DNA of 64,000 bases from Myxococcales bacterium (GCA_047601445.1 JASGJH010000001.1:3840001-3904000); one strand, 5' to 3'; counted from the first letter of the stretch, positions 22,311 to 35,871 are shown. Notes: generated by a model not told the origin, from the sequence alone. A program made the numbers and translations.

Positions 22311-23489
22311 TCAGGCGCTGGCTTGCTCGGCCGACGCGCCATCCACAGGCGCCTCGAAGAACTCCACGACTTCGCGCTCGCGGGCTTTGGTGTCCTGGTA
22401 ACCGAGATCCATCAATCGCTGCACATAGCCCGGCTGGAAGGCGAGATAAGACATCATGTCGAGCCCCGAATTCCCCTGGGCACCCGCGCTCTTCAGCAAG
22501 TAGCGCAGCATGGTGGGGAACTTGCGCGCCTCGTCGCCCACAAGGCGGCCCAGATCCTGCGAGGGGCGCAGGGACAGGGCCGGGATGCGTCGCAGTGAAT
22601 CCGGGTGTTGCTTGCGAGCCGCCGCCGAGACGAAGCCGAGCGTGCGGTTGATGCGCTGCAAGCGCTCGAGGTCGTTGTCCAGTGAGTCCAGGAACAGCGC
22701 GTTCAAGAGCACGCCACCGATCTGGGCCACGCTCACGTTCTCGGCGCGCGCTTCGCGATTGAGTTTGAGCGTCTGCTCGGAGCTGCGGGCATAGCGGATG
22801 CCAATGGCGACAATCTTCTCGGCCCCCAGGTGGATGGCCGGACTGACTGGCGTGGTCATGCGCACGCCGCCGTCGCCGTACATGCAGCCGTTGATGGAGA
22901 CCGGCGGAAAGAAGATCGGAATGGCGGCGGAGGCCATCACGTGCGAGAGCGTGATGCGGTCACGGAAGGCCACCCGGTCGTAGCGAATCCAGGGCTGCAC
23001 CTCGGGAGGCGCGTCGAAGAAGCTCACGATCGTGCCGGTGAGATAGTTGGTGGCCGAGACCGCGACCCCGCGCAGCGCGCCGCTCTCGATGTGACGTTGG
23101 ATGCGACTCGTATCCATGCGCGCGCCGAGGAGCTCGCGCAGCGGCGCAGTGTCGAGCAAGTAGTTGGTGGGGCTGCGACCGACGAGCCCACCCAGCGTGA
23201 GGTCCTTGATCCAGCGCATGCCGAGCGTGGTCAGACTAGACACGTCGGTACGGTAGACGGCATCGGGCGTCAGTGAGAGCCACGTCTCACTGAGCAGCGC
23301 CACGGCCTCCTTGAAGTCGTCGGCGCCGGTGGCCAGGCTGACCGCGTTGATGGCGCCCGCCGACAGGCCCGCGAGGATATTGAAGGGGAGCGCCTTCTCG
23401 CTCGAGATCTCCTGGAGCGCGCGCAGGGCACCTACCTGATACGCCGCCCGGGCCCCACCACCGCTCAAGACGAGTCCTACATTCACCAC
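22311..23489 (-). CDS. Patatin-like phospholipase
   Basis: LSGGGARAAY, GLSAG, ASAAIP, DGG motifs. Confidence 0.93.
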   Translation of the reverse strand: MVNVGLVLSGGGARAAYQVGALRALQEISSEKALPFNILAGLSAGAINAVSLATGADDFKEAVALLSETWLSLTPDAVYRTDVSSLTTLGMRWIKDLTLGGLVGRSPTNYLLDTAPLRELLGARMDTSRIQRHIESGALRGVAVSATNYLTGTIVSFFDAPPEVQPWIRYDRVAFRDRITLSHVMASAAIPIFFPPVSINGCMYGDGGVRMTTPVSPAIHLGAEKIVAIGIRYARSSEQTLKLNREARAENVSVAQIGGVLLNALFLDSLDNDLERLQRINRTLGFVSAAARKQHPDSLRRIPALSLRPSQDLGRLVGDEARKFPTMLRYLLKSAGAQGNSGLDMMSYLAFQPGYVQRLMDLGYQDTKAREREVVEFFEAPVDGASAEQASA

Positions 23490-23664
23490 CTGGCGATCCT
23501 ACCGGAGTGGCAGCGCAAGACCGATGGCATTTCGTGCGAGAGGCCTGCCCTTGGCCCGCTTACCGAGACGCCCAGACCACAGGTGATGTGCCCGCTGCGA
23601 ACACCCGACGCGAACATTTCACGACCGGCCCGCCAAAAACTGCGTTTTCGGCCACAAAATCGAA

Positions 23665-23680
23665 TGGCACCCGGCTTGCT
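23665..23680 (+). promoter_or_regulatory. Sigma-54 (-24/-12) promoter
   Basis: TGGCACCCGGCTTGCT, a consensus match 15 bp before the ATG at 23696. Confidence 0.7.
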
Positions 23681-23695
23681 CTGGGTTAGCCGCTC

Positions 23696-24403
23696 ATGCC
23701 ACTGCGCTCGCCCCGACTCTTCCTCCTTCTCTGGCTGCTGGGCTTCGGGTGCGCCGTCCCTGCGGCCCGGGCGCAAGCGGTGCCGCCCCCCGCGCCGGCT
23801 GCCGGTCCCGCGCTGCCCGACCATGACTTCGGCGTACGCGGCAACGTGGGCCTGATGCACCAGAGCAACGGCTTCGTCTTCCTGATCGAGCCCGTGGCGG
23901 CCTACCGCTACAAGTTCCTTACCGGCGGGGTGGGCGGGCGGCTTGGGTTCTATCACCACATCTCCACGTCACTCGGTGCCTTCCTGCAGGGAGGGTTCGT
24001 GTTGCCCTTCGAGCGCGGCCGCATCGAGCTCCTCGGCCTCGCGGGGTTCAACAGCTATGCGAACATCGAACGCGAGATGGGCCTCGGCCGAAGGGATCCA
24101 GGACTCGACATCACGCTGCCCTTCGCAGGCGCGCGGCTCGGTGCAGGCCGCCTGTTCGGACGAGGCCGCGTCAGAGCCCTCCTGGGAGGCTCCGTGGCAT
24201 TCGAGCGCGACCTGCGACAGGGCTCAAGGGCCTATGAGTACATCTATCAACCCGACGGCTGGATCGGTGAGCCCGACGACCCTCAGCAACTCACTGCGCG
24301 CCATCACTTCGGCTGGACGCGCTTCGGCGTGTTCGTCAATGCGGGCATCGTGATCGAACCGCGCCGTCACGCCTCGAGCGGACGCCCCGCGCGCCGACCT
24401 TAG
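23696..24403 (+). CDS. Exported hypothetical protein, probable outer-membrane beta-barrel
   Basis: Signal peptide (ARA-Q), Gly/aromatic amphipathic beta-strands. Confidence 0.7.
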   Translation: MPLRSPRLFLLLWLLGFGCAVPAARAQAVPPPAPAAGPALPDHDFGVRGNVGLMHQSNGFVFLIEPVAAYRYKFLTGGVGGRLGFYHHISTSLGAFLQGGFVLPFERGRIELLGLAGFNSYANIEREMGLGRRDPGLDITLPFAGARLGAGRLFGRGRVRALLGGSVAFERDLRQGSRAYEYIYQPDGWIGEPDDPQQLTARHHFGWTRFGVFVNAGIVIEPRRHASSGRPARRP

Positions 24404-24999
24404 CGCTCCGAGATCTTGCGAGGCGGAGCCTTCTCCACCTCCGAGAGCGGCATGGGACAGGTCTCACGCAGCTTGCAGCCCGCGCACTCGCTGCCGCGCC
24501 AGACGCGCTCGAAGACCTCCTGGGTAGCATCGAGGAGGCGCTCGTCCTGGGACATCACGCCGAGCTCGAAGTTGCGCCGTCCTTCTTGCTTGGCCCCGAG
24601 CCCTGCGCCCGTCCAGTTGGCGCTCCCGAAATACACGCGCTGACCGTCCACGATCACCAGCTTGAGGTGGTTGCGCGGACACTGCCTGAGCTCGAGGCCG
24701 CCCTTCACCAGGCGTCGTTGGCGGTCGAAGTCCCGGCGAAAGATCCGCGACGGCTCACCAGCGTGCAGCAGACGCAGCTCCACCTTGCGCTCCGCCAGCT
24801 CGCTGAAGGCCGAGAGCACCGAGCGATATGGGGTGCGCCCGCGACGGCGACCGGGCACGAGCCGCGCGTCCTCGATCATCAGCTCCTTGAGGTTGGCGGT
24901 GGCGATCCACACGCTGCGCTTGGCTTCGAGCACGTGGTCAATGATGGTCGGATAGTGATCACCATGAACGAGGAGCTCGAGATCGACGGCGCGCAACAT
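24400..24999 (-). CDS. Phospholipase D-like single-HKD protein (PLD nuclease superfamily)
   Basis: HLKLVIVD..GSAN, RNFELG, C-terminal CxxCxxxxxC. Confidence 0.88.
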   Translation of the reverse strand: MLRAVDLELLVHGDHYPTIIDHVLEAKRSVWIATANLKELMIEDARLVPGRRRGRTPYRSVLSAFSELAERKVELRLLHAGEPSRIFRRDFDRQRRLVKGGLELRQCPRNHLKLVIVDGQRVYFGSANWTGAGLGAKQEGRRNFELGVMSQDERLLDATQEVFERVWRGSECAGCKLRETCPMPLSEVEKAPPRKISER

Positions 25000-25294
25000 C
25001 GGGATCGATCTGCTAACGCTACAACCGCGTGGAGGTCAAACTTTGTGAACACGCGAGGCTCTCTCCTGCTCTCGCGTGCAGGTTCGTGGCTTCTCTCACG
25101 CGAATTCAGGGACGCGTCTGCCACCGGGCGAAAGCGCTGTTTCTGCCCGACGTAGTTTCGAGCCCGCGCGTGGCCCGAAGGTGAATCGCGAGCTTGCATG
25201 GGTCCCGGCCAGGGGACACTGATCATGCTCGGGAGTCTGTTCGGCAGACGTCTGCGTCTGATTCGCCTGCCGGTTTTCGAGTCGGGAGGAAGCC

Positions 25295-26527
25295 GTGGCC
25301 AACACCGAAGTTCGTGCACCCGCGCATCTCGTGGACACCATCCAGGACAGCGTACGCAAGGGCGTCGAGGCCGGCGTGCTGCTGCAGCGCGCCACGGATC
25401 CCGTCTACAACGGCCGCCTGGTGGATATCGAGGGCCACCACCTGTGCAACTTCGGTGGCTGCAGCTACCTGGGCCTCGACCAACGCGAAGAGCTGCGCGA
25501 AGGCGCCATCGACGCCACACGCCACTTCGGCACGCAGTTCTCCTTCTCGCGCGCGTACATCGAATCTCCGCTCTACCACGAGCTCGAAGCCGAACTCGAA
25601 GAGCTCACAGAACGCTTCGTACTCGTGACGCCGAGCACCTCGCTCGGACACCTGGCCACCCTGCCGACCCTGATCACGCCGCGCGATAGCGTGATCGTGG
25701 ATCGCTCGGCCCACGCCAGCATCCACATGGCGCTGGCGGTCCTCAAGGGGATCCGCATCGAGGCGTTGCCCCACAACGACATGCGAGCGGTGGAGGCCGC
25801 GATCAAGCGCCTCGGCGCCGAGTCGGAGCGCGTCTGGTACGTGCTCGACGGCCTGTACTCGATGTTCGGAGACTTTGCGCCCTACAAGGCACTGCACGGG
25901 CTGCTCGAGAAGTACCCGCAATTGTCGCTCTACGTCGACGACGCCCACTCCACGTCCTGGTGCGGCAAGCACGGGCGAGGTTCGGCGCTCGAGAGTCTGC
26001 CGGACTCCGGCCGCATGATCGTGGCCCTCTCGCTCAACAAGGCCTTCTCCGCTGCGGGCGGCGCGATTGCCTATCCCAACGCGGAGATGCGCCGGCAAGT
26101 GCGCGAGTGCGGCGGCCCCATGCTGTTCTCCGGCCCCGTGCAGCCCCCGATGTTAGGCGCGGCCCTGGCCTCGGCGAAGCTCCACATGGAGCCGGGTTTC
26201 GACGACCTTCAGCAACGGCTCATGGAGCGCATCGACCTCGTGAACACGCTCTGCGATGACGCCGGGATCCCACTGGTCAACCACGAGCGGAGTCCCATCT
26301 TCTTCGTACGCTGCGGTCCCGTCGAGGACACGTTCCGACTCTTGCACGGGCTGCGCGAGGAGGGCTTCTTCGCCTGCGCGGGCATGTACCCCGCGGTGCC
26401 GCACGGCAAGTCCGGCCCTCGCTTCACCGTGTCCACGCACAACACCATCGACGACATCCACGCGTTCGTGGAAGCCGTCGCCTACGTGGCCCATGAGAGC
26501 GGCGTGTCCTTTCAGCCGATTCACTAG
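25295..26527 (+). CDS. PLP-dependent alpha-oxoamine synthase family enzyme (BioF/SPT/CqsA fold), copy 1
   Basis: NFGGCSYLGL, DRSAHASI, HND, DGLYSMFGD, DDAH, SLNKAF. Confidence 0.9.
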   Translation: MANTEVRAPAHLVDTIQDSVRKGVEAGVLLQRATDPVYNGRLVDIEGHHLCNFGGCSYLGLDQREELREGAIDATRHFGTQFSFSRAYIESPLYHELEAELEELTERFVLVTPSTSLGHLATLPTLITPRDSVIVDRSAHASIHMALAVLKGIRIEALPHNDMRAVEAAIKRLGAESERVWYVLDGLYSMFGDFAPYKALHGLLEKYPQLSLYVDDAHSTSWCGKHGRGSALESLPDSGRMIVALSLNKAFSAAGGAIAYPNAEMRRQVRECGGPMLFSGPVQPPMLGAALASAKLHMEPGFDDLQQRLMERIDLVNTLCDDAGIPLVNHERSPIFFVRCGPVEDTFRLLHGLREEGFFACAGMYPAVPHGKSGPRFTVSTHNTIDDIHAFVEAVAYVAHESGVSFQPIH

Positions 26528-26543
26528 GGACACCCCGACACCC

Positions 26544-27770
26544 CTAACGCGCGAGTGCGACTGGGAGCAACGACCGATTGCGCTTGGCGCGCAGCGAGAG
26601 CTCCGTGATCAGGAACGGCAGATCGAACATCTCGCCCTCCGAGGCGTCGTTGGTGATGGGCGTCAACTGCTGCTGATTGGACACCACCACCAGCTGAGAA
26701 TGGCCCAGGATCGGGGGCAAGAACGCGGTGGAGGAAGGGAAGTTGAACAGCTCCGGATCATCCGCCAGGAGCTGACGCGCGCCGGTGGAGACGTCGATGC
26801 GGATCATGCGCAGCTGCAGCGAGTCGGCCGCGTACACGTAGCACTCGCCAGGCCGGCTCGGGTCGAAGGCCAGGCCCAGCAGTTGCTCCACCACGACGTT
26901 CGCAGGCTTGGGGGAGACCAGTACGATGTCTTCGGCGCGTTGCTCGGGCGTACGGTCGTCGAACAAGGTGTCCACCGGCAGGGCGTAGAGCCCCTCGGCG
27001 CACGGACTGTAGAAGTAGAGCTGACCGTGCCGCACGGCGAGCGGAGATACGCCTGGCAGGGTGCTGCCCGAGAACAGGAAGGGCACACCGCCCACCTCGA
27101 TCAAGGGCATATCGGGGCACATGCGCAGCTGCTCGATGCCCGTCCCCGGAGCCGGGTCCTGCGCCATCACGCCGGGCACGATGCTGCCATCGCTCTCCAC
27201 CAGCCAGAGCGCACCCAGGATGGCGTCGGAGAGCACGTAGCGCCCCTCCCCCAGGCTCACGATGTCCTCCGCGAACCCGACGAGCTCCTGTTCGAAGGAG
27301 ATCGTCCGCTCGAGTCGAGCGTGGAAACCTCCCTCGAGTCCATAAGAGTATTCGTAAATTCGCGGATTGGCCGGCACGAAGGGCGCCGGACTCGGCAAGC
27401 CACCCGCGTCCAACACGGCCAGTCTACGCGGCCCGATCCGGTGCATGATGAAGGGCAACACGAAGCCTGCGGGCGGCGGCGGTAGCTCCCCGATCTGAGT
27501 GTTTCCGAAGCGCGACAATACGGCGACCTTGCCTTCCAGGGGCACACCAACGAAGAGCACCTGATGGTCGCCTGCGATTCCCGCCGGTAGGATCTTTCGG
27601 GTCGCGATCGGAAAGGCCAGCGCGCGCTTGCTGAGCTCGACTTGCAGCTCTTCGCTGGCTGAGTCGAGCTCGGGTTCGGGAGCCTCGTGCGGTGGATCGC
27701 CACAGCTGGCAAGCAACCAGAGCACCCAGAAAGCCAGGGCCGTCGAACCAGCGGTCTTCCCCAAGGACAT
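26544..27770 (-). CDS. Beta-propeller-like lipoprotein (SMP-30/strictosidine-synthase-like), copy 1
   Basis: RBS AGGGGA, lipobox LASC, repeated blade-like motifs; paralog at 37654-38833. Confidence 0.8.
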   Translation of the reverse strand: MSLGKTAGSTALAFWVLWLLASCGDPPHEAPEPELDSASEELQVELSKRALAFPIATRKILPAGIAGDHQVLFVGVPLEGKVAVLSRFGNTQIGELPPPPAGFVLPFIMHRIGPRRLAVLDAGGLPSPAPFVPANPRIYEYSYGLEGGFHARLERTISFEQELVGFAEDIVSLGEGRYVLSDAILGALWLVESDGSIVPGVMAQDPAPGTGIEQLRMCPDMPLIEVGGVPFLFSGSTLPGVSPLAVRHGQLYFYSPCAEGLYALPVDTLFDDRTPEQRAEDIVLVSPKPANVVVEQLLGLAFDPSRPGECYVYAADSLQLRMIRIDVSTGARQLLADDPELFNFPSSTAFLPPILGHSQLVVVSNQQQLTPITNDASEGEMFDLPFLITELSLRAKRNRSLLPVALAR

Positions 27771-28112
27771 ACGTTCCCCTCGCTGCGAGGGAGGCGAATG
27801 CTCCTCCGCAAGCCCGATTGCGACTGCAACCAACGCCAGCGAGAACGAGCAACGTCGCCGAAGGAGCAGCAGCCCGCTCACCCGCAAAAGACGCACGCAC
27901 GACACCCTGCGGAGCCGCAACGCAGTCATCACGAGCGAGCAAGCCAGTTGCCCGACAGGTCGATCCCGTTCCCAGAGAAAGCTTTGAGTGCGTTTCAGTG
28001 CCGCGCAATCGTTGTCTGGCGGTTCCGTGCGCGCGCGTTCGTATTTGCACTCTGACAGCAGCGCACGTATGGCTGTGGTATCCAAAACGAGGGCGACGGG
28101 AACGATCGACGG

Positions 28113-30920
<2,808 letters not shown>

Positions 30921-31312
30921 CCCACGCGTCATGCGTGCAGCACGGGCGCCGACGTCGGCTCTCGAACTCGGTTGGCTCGCCCACGCATTCGCCCCGCAGC
31001 CCACGTGCATCTGTCGCGGATCACGCGCGCGCACCGCGTCGCGCAAGAACTGACCATCCGGCGCTGACCTTTTTTGGTGGCAATCGCGCGTCGGACGCGC
31101 GTACATAGCCATGGCTGGCTTCGTGAGTCGACGCACACGCGTGTGGCGGCCCACGGCCAGGGGGGCTTGGTGGTACGCCGGTGCCCGGCCGGCTGCGCCA
31201 TCGAACGCTCGTTCCTCGCGGGACGCGCGTGCGGCCGACGTGCGTTCTGCTTGCGTCGGAACCCGCTTCGCTCTGTTCGACACAGTTCGTCCGCTCTGAA
31301 AGGGAAAGTGGG

Positions 31313-33325
31313 ATGGCAAGACCGCCGGCCGACTTGGCCAAGCTGCACCCCAAGCTGCGCATGATCCTCAACGGCAGCTCGACCGTGAACATCGTGCGCT
31401 CCGAGCATTGCTCGGCGCTGTTCGTGAATACGGAAGTCGCCCGCAAGCGCGTGAAGCTGTCGCGTGGTGATCTCGACGCACCCAAGACGCGGCGCGAACT
31501 GCGCGGGGAGAAGCGCGGCAAGCTCACCAAAGCTGCGAGCGACGTGAGTGCCAACGTGCTCGTTCAGCTGAGTGATCCCACGAGTCCCCTCGAGCATGGG
31601 CTCACCGCCAGCGCAAGCCGTGGCAGCTTTGCCACGGTCAGCGCCCCCCTCGATCGCATCCCCTCGCTGACCAAGGGTGCCGTGCGCGTGGAGCTAGCCG
31701 AGGCGCTCACCGATCCTTCCCCCAAGCTGGAGGTCGAGAGCACGCAACCGCGGCCGCGCCGTAATCTGCAGACCAAGGTCCGACATCGTGACGGGCAGGG
31801 CGTGCTGATCGGCATCATCGACGTGCAGGGCTTCGACTTCGCGCACCCCGACTTCCTCGATCCCAAAGGCAATACCCGCTTCGTGGCGATCTGGGACCAA
31901 GGTGGCCACAACCGCCCGCCCCCCAAGCCCTACCACTACGGCTCCGAACTCACGCGGCAGCAGCTGACGCGGGCCATCCGCGAGAGCTCCCAGATCGGCG
32001 CCCCGGCCACCTCTCTCGAGCCCCAGTCGCAGCAGGTCCCTGGCTCGCATGGCACCCACGTAGCGAGCATCGCCGCCGGTAACCGTGGAGTCTGCGCCAA
32101 GGCCGACATCGCGGCAGTGCTGATCTCCATGGGCCACGAGCAGGCCGATGAGCGCTCCTCCTTCTACGATTCGAGCCGCTTGCTCCACGCGGTGGAGTAT
32201 CTGGTGGCGCTCGCGGAGAAGCGCAAGCAACCCCTGAGCATCAACATCAGCCTCGGCACCAATGGCCACGCCCACGACGGCTCGAGCGTGCTGTCTCGCT
32301 GGCTCGATTCGATGCTGGCAAAGCCAGGGCTCAGCCTGTGCGCGGCCGCCGGCAACGCTGGACAGGAGAAGGCCGAGCGCGAGGATGACCTGGGGTTCGT
32401 GATGGGGCGCATCCATACCAGCGGGCGCATCCCGAGCGCAGGGCTCGACATGAATATCGGTTGGATCGTGGTGGGCAACGGCAAGGCCGACCTCTCGGAA
32501 AACGAGCTCCACATCTGGCACAGCGCCCAGGATCGCTTTTCGATCTCCATCAAGCCGCCCGGAGGCGCGCCGTGGATCGGTCCGGTGAAGCCCGGTGAGT
32601 ACATCGAGAACCGCGAGCTGCCCGACGGAACGTTCGTAAGCATCTACAACGAGCCCTATCACCCAGCCAACGGCGAGAACCTGATCGGGTGCTACCTGAC
32701 TCCATTCTTCTCCAAGCAGGGCTCCACCGGTGTCACCGCAGGGGAGTGGACGGTGCAACTGCACGGCCTGGAAGTGCGGGACGGGCACTATCACGCATGG
32801 ATCGAGCGCGACGATCCCAGGCGCATCGGCACCGTGGGCGACAAGGAAGCCTGGACCTTTCCCTCGTTCTTCAGCGAGTCCTCGAGCGTCGACAACTCGA
32901 GCATCAACTCCCTCGCCTGTACGCACTTCGTGTTGAGCGTCGGGAACCTCGACGAGGCCGTCAATCGCATCAACATCACCAGTAGCCAGGGACCCACCCG
33001 GGACGGTCGCGCCAAGCCCGACCTCGCGGCGCCTGGCACCAACATCGTGGCCGCCAAGGGCTTTGCGGGCGCGGACGATCTTTGGGTAAGCATGTCCGGC
33101 ACGAGCATGGCCAGTCCCATGGTGGCAGGCGTGGTGGGCCTGATGCTCTCGGTGGCCCCTTCCCTCACTGCCGCCCAGGTCCGCGGCATCATGCGCCGCA
33201 CCGCCCGTCCACTGCCCGGCGCCGGCTACACCTGGCTCAACGACGCGGGCTACGGCGTGATTCGGCCCCAGGAAGCCATCGAGGAGGCCGCCAACTTCTC
33301 GCGTCGAAAGGACATCACCCGATGA
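31313..33325 (+). CDS. S8 (subtilisin-like, CspA-type) serine peptidase without signal peptide
   Basis: Triad motifs IGIIDVQG, HGTHVASIAAG, GTSMASP; oxyanion AAAGN; large insertion inside the catalytic domain. Confidence 0.93.
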   Translation: MARPPADLAKLHPKLRMILNGSSTVNIVRSEHCSALFVNTEVARKRVKLSRGDLDAPKTRRELRGEKRGKLTKAASDVSANVLVQLSDPTSPLEHGLTASASRGSFATVSAPLDRIPSLTKGAVRVELAEALTDPSPKLEVESTQPRPRRNLQTKVRHRDGQGVLIGIIDVQGFDFAHPDFLDPKGNTRFVAIWDQGGHNRPPPKPYHYGSELTRQQLTRAIRESSQIGAPATSLEPQSQQVPGSHGTHVASIAAGNRGVCAKADIAAVLISMGHEQADERSSFYDSSRLLHAVEYLVALAEKRKQPLSINISLGTNGHAHDGSSVLSRWLDSMLAKPGLSLCAAAGNAGQEKAEREDDLGFVMGRIHTSGRIPSAGLDMNIGWIVVGNGKADLSENELHIWHSAQDRFSISIKPPGGAPWIGPVKPGEYIENRELPDGTFVSIYNEPYHPANGENLIGCYLTPFFSKQGSTGVTAGEWTVQLHGLEVRDGHYHAWIERDDPRRIGTVGDKEAWTFPSFFSESSSVDNSSINSLACTHFVLSVGNLDEAVNRINITSSQGPTRDGRAKPDLAAPGTNIVAAKGFAGADDLWVSMSGTSMASPMVAGVVGLMLSVAPSLTAAQVRGIMRRTARPLPGAGYTWLNDAGYGVIRPQEAIEEAANFSRRKDITR

Positions 33326-34651
33326 TGAAGCTCGAGGTCTTTCGCTCGGACAAGGGCGACTGCCTGCTGATCACGACCAGCGATCAAAAGCGGCTCCTCG
33401 TGGACGGCGGCATGAAGACGTCGTTCAGCGCGTACGTGGCGCCCGCCCTGAGCAAGCTCAAGCCCGCCAAGCTCGACGCGGTCTACGTGTCGCACATCGA
33501 CGCGGACCACATCGCCGGGATCCTCGAAATTGTTCGACAACATGCTGGCCTGGCGCGTCCACGACTTCCAGATCAAGTCCGGCAACGCCAAGCACAAAGC
33601 GCCCAAGAGCCCCCGGCCGCCCAAGGTCGACCAACTCTGGCACAACGCGTTCCATGAGTTGCTCAAGGAGAACGCGGGGGAAATCAAGGACATGCTCGCG
33701 GCCGTGGCGGACTCCTTCACGGACACGCCCAGGAAGGTCGAGAAGCTCGTGAAGGAGCTGCACGAGGACCTCGCCACGAGCGTGACGCAGGCCCTCGATC
33801 TGGCACGCCGAGCGCGCGTGCCGGAGCTCGGTGTCAAGGTCAATGCCCCCGCCAAGGGCAAGCTGATGCTGGTGCGCAAGAACCAGCAGCCCTTCAAGCT
33901 CGGCAAGTTGACGCTGCATGTACTCGGCCCCTCGCAGACCGACCTCGACCACTTGCGTGTCGAATGGAACGATTGGCTGCGTACCCACAAGGAGCAGCTG
34001 AAGCAGGTGCGCGAGCGCGCCTCGAAGGCCGAGAAGGACCTCGGCAACTCGGCCCAGAGCATCGTCAACGTGGAGGCGGCCACGCTCACGGGAATGCGAG
34101 ATTTCGTGCTGCAGCGCCAGAAGAACCTCGCGACGGCTGCCACGCAGCAAAAGCTCGGAGAGCGGACGGCCGTGACGACGCCCAACTTGGCTTCTCTGAT
34201 GCTGCTCGCCGAGGACGGAACGCGCAGCGTGCTCCTCACGGGCGACGGACATGCGGACGACCTCATCAAGGGCCTGCGCAGCATCGGCAAGCTCAACGGC
34301 TCCGGGCTCCACCTGGACGTCCTCAAGGTGCAGCACCACGGCTCCGAGCACAACATGACGCAGGACTTCGCTCGGAACGTCACGGCCGATCACTACGTGT
34401 TCTGCGGGAACGGCTTCTCGACCAACCCCGAGCTCATCGTCATCCAGACCCTGGTCGACGCGCGCCTCGCCGGCTTCGGACCGAACCGACCGTTCAAGCT
34501 CTGGTTCAACGCCAGCCCGAGCGACAAAGGCAAGTACCAGGCTCACATGAAGCAGGTCAAGCAGCTGGTGGACGGCATCGCGAAGGCCAACAAGCGGGTC
34601 AAGGTCGAGTTCATGGCGGCCAACAAAGCGAGCTTTCGCGTGCTGGTTTGA
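33322..34651 (+). pseudogene. MBL-fold metallo-hydrolase (ComEC/Avs1a-like) with apparent frameshift at 33527-33529 (probably a sequencing artefact)
   Basis: GDCLLI, LVDGG, SHIDADHIAG, NLASL, LLTGD, KVQHHGS; removing one A gives 442 aa; ATGA overlap with the S8 stop. Confidence 0.85.
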
Positions 34652-34727
34652 TGGGGAGGGCACGGGTCCTCCCCCGCACCCGTACGGAAAGACGGCCCCG
34701 CTCGTCCCCATATGCCAACCTTGGCCC

Positions 34728-35426
34728 ATGTCTCGGGCTTCTCGTCTCCTCGACCTCCTCCAGGTGCTGCGCCGACACAAGGCTCCCATCGCGGGTCCTG
34801 CCCTGGCCCAGGAGCTCGGCGTCTCCATTCGCACGCTCTACCGCGACATCGCCACGCTGCAGGCCCAGGGCGCGGATATCCAGGGCGAGCCGGGTCTCGG
34901 CTACGTGCTGCGCCCGGGTTTCACGCTGCCACCGTTGATGTTCTCGGGCGACGAGCTCGAGGCGCTCGCGCTCGGAGCGCGCTGGGTCTCCGCGCGCGCT
35001 GACACGCGCCTGGGCGGCGCCGCCGACAATGCCATCGCGAAGATCCGCGCAGTGTTGCCGCGGGAGCTACGCGAGAGCATCGATGCCGCCACCATGACCG
35101 TCCCGGCGCCCTCGGAGGTCGCGCAGCCCAGCGTGGACGTGACCCTGATCCGCCGGGCCATTCGCCACGAGCACAAGTTGGTGCTCACCTACCGCGACAA
35201 GGACGACAAGAGCACGACGCGCGTGATTTGGCCGCTGCTGATCGGCGTGTTCGACCGCGTGCTGGTGGTGCCTGCGTGGTGCGAACTGCGCAAGGACTAC
35301 CGGGGGTTTCGCGTGGATCGCATGCTGAAGCTGACGCCCACGGACACGCCGTTTCCGCGCAAGCGGGCCGCCATGCTCCAGGAGTGGCGGGAGCGGGAGG
35401 GCATCGCCACCACTGCCAAAAACTGA
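34728..35426 (+). CDS. YafY-family HTH-WYL transcriptional regulator
   Basis: SIRTLYRDI..GEPGLGY..LPPLMF; WYL domain AWCELRKDYRGFRVDR. Confidence 0.93.
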   Translation: MSRASRLLDLLQVLRRHKAPIAGPALAQELGVSIRTLYRDIATLQAQGADIQGEPGLGYVLRPGFTLPPLMFSGDELEALALGARWVSARADTRLGGAADNAIAKIRAVLPRELRESIDAATMTVPAPSEVAQPSVDVTLIRRAIRHEHKLVLTYRDKDDKSTTRVIWPLLIGVFDRVLVVPAWCELRKDYRGFRVDRMLKLTPTDTPFPRKRAAMLQEWREREGIATTAKN

Positions 35427-35495
35427 CAGCGGGCCGGGTCACACCATGGTCATCAGCTGCTCGCGAAGGCGCGGGCAGACACCATGGAGAATCCG

Positions 35496-35871
35496 ATGCG
35501 AACCCTCGACTACATCCTCTTGGCCGTGAAGAACCCCCGCGAGAGCGCGCAGCTCTACAGCAAGCTGCTCGGGTGCGAGCCGGTGGAGAACTCGGACACC
35601 TTCGTGCTCTTCGTACTCCCCTCGGGACCGAAGCTCGGTCTGTGGATCGAGAGTCAGGTCGAACCCAAGCCCAAGGCCGCAGGCGGCGTGGAGCTCTCGT
35701 TCTCGGTGCAGAGTCGCGAAGCGGTGTTGCGCACTTACGAAGAGTGGACCGGACTTGGCCTGAATGTGTTGCAAGCGCCCACGCAGATGGACTTCGGCTT
35801 TACTTTCGTGGTCGAAGATCCGGACGGAACATCGCCTGAGGCCGTTCGTGTTGGCCGCCGATCCGCGTTGA
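35496..35871 (+). pseudogene. VOC/glyoxalase family protein with apparent C-terminal frameshift at 35828-35829
   Basis: SAQLYSKLLG, MDFGFTF..DPDG; removing one A restores DPDGHRLRPF...stop, 124 aa. Confidence 0.82.

Noticed and set aside
30921..31312. Riboswitch or ncRNA in the long intergenic gap before the S8 gene
   Set aside because: No recognisable conserved motif by eye; an Rfam/Infernal scan would be needed
33520..33535. Programmed ribosomal frameshift in the MBL gene
   Set aside because: No slippery heptamer, and the same extra-A defect occurs in four unrelated genes
34728..35426. WYL regulator as controller of the S8-MBL module
   Set aside because: It is a typical YafY-type protein paired with a VOC gene, with a candidate CTGCCA-AAAA-CTGACAG operator at 35413-35429 in front of the VOC gene; adjacency alone is not evidence
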